Assembly (NCBI RefSeq): GCF_030684315.1
Contig: NC_081367.1
Location: 19,202,792 to 19,266,791 of the forward strand
From: Stegostoma tigrinum
Taxonomy: Eukaryota
Length of the DNA: 64,000 nt
Direction: 5' to 3'
Of this stretch, positions 63,225 to 64,000 are shown piece after piece (the first letter of the stretch is position 1; every line of letters starts with the position of its first letter). Below the pieces are notes generated by a model. That model was given only the letters and a program-made list of their open reading frames with translations, was not told where the DNA came from and made no database searches. The translations under genes were made by a program, and so were the position numbers.

Positions 63225-63420
63225 AGAACATAGAACATAGAACAGTACAGCACAGAACAGGCCCTTCAGCCCACGATGTTGTGCCGACCATTGATCCTCA
63301 TGTATGCACCCTCAAATTTCTGTGACCATATGCATGTCCAGCAGTCTCTTAAATGACCCCAATGACCTTGCTTCCACAACTGCTGCTGGCAACGCATTCC
63401 ATGCTCTCACAACTCTCTGT
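63225..63420 (-). mobile_element. CR1 3' tail
   Basis: agaacatagaacatagaacagtacagcacagaacaggcccttcagcccac is a CR1 terminal microsatellite plus 3' UTR. Confidence 0.8.
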
Positions 63421-64000
63421 GTAAAAGAAGTGAGAGTAAAGTTGCCATTTTCCCACTGTCTCAGTAAAGTCAAATAGCCGATAGTGATTTAACCCTAGAG
63501 TTACAACACCTCAAGTGAGGAGACAGATTGAGGAGGCCAGTCCTTCTCAGTAAACGCAGCCAATGCAGGAACTGAATCAATGCAGTTGTCATCACTTTTA
63601 ATCATAAATTAGCCATCCAATCCAATTATAGTGATCATTGTCAGAGTTCCCCAAATATCCGTTAATATGTATGGGTGGTGAGGTAGGGAAGGTTTCAATC
63701 TACCTCATTGCATAACAACATTTGGGGGCTGTTGTCCTGCAGTGGTAATGTGCCTACTTCTGCACCAGGAGACCCAAGTTTAAAACCCACCTGCTCTAGA
63801 ATTGTGTTACAACGTGTCTGAACAGAACAATACATAAAAAAAAGCAACTGGAGGATGATTGTTGTTTCAGTTATACCTGAAATGCGGATGTCTCTTCCTC
63901 GTAGGAATTTGAAGATCTGTGTGAGACATATATTTCAGTTAATGAATTTTAATGTCTAGATCATTATCCCTCGGATCATGTTTTCAGTTTCAAAGTGGTG

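Overview
Eukaryotic, repeat-rich DNA from a cartilaginous fish (inferred from HE1/V-SINEs, many CR1 LINEs and Penelope-like elements). Most of the ORF track is noise or transposon debris. Spliced by hand, the window holds a compact candidate innate-immune ubiquitin-like (UBL) locus. (1) A USP18-like protease gene on the minus strand: eight catalytic-domain exons plus one linker exon from 32345 to 2024, all GT-AG and in frame; the last exon was not found and probably lies left of the window. (2) Two near-identical copies, inside an 8.8-kb tandem duplication, of a two-exon single-domain UBL gene ending in non-canonical LRLPGG plus a 16-aa tail. (3) The first coding exon of a gene resembling fish RBR-like E3 ligases. 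All carry ISRE/IRF-like motifs nearby, and the E3-like gene also has an NF-kB site. The main hypothesis is a self-contained, interferon-inducible modifier/writer/eraser system distinct from ISG15. Also present: a 3-kb inverted Penelope dimer with a 15-bp TSD, many palindromic mini-Penelope inserts with hammerhead-ribozyme-like cores, and a perfect 34-bp hairpin. Family assignments rely on recalled sequences; no database searches were run.
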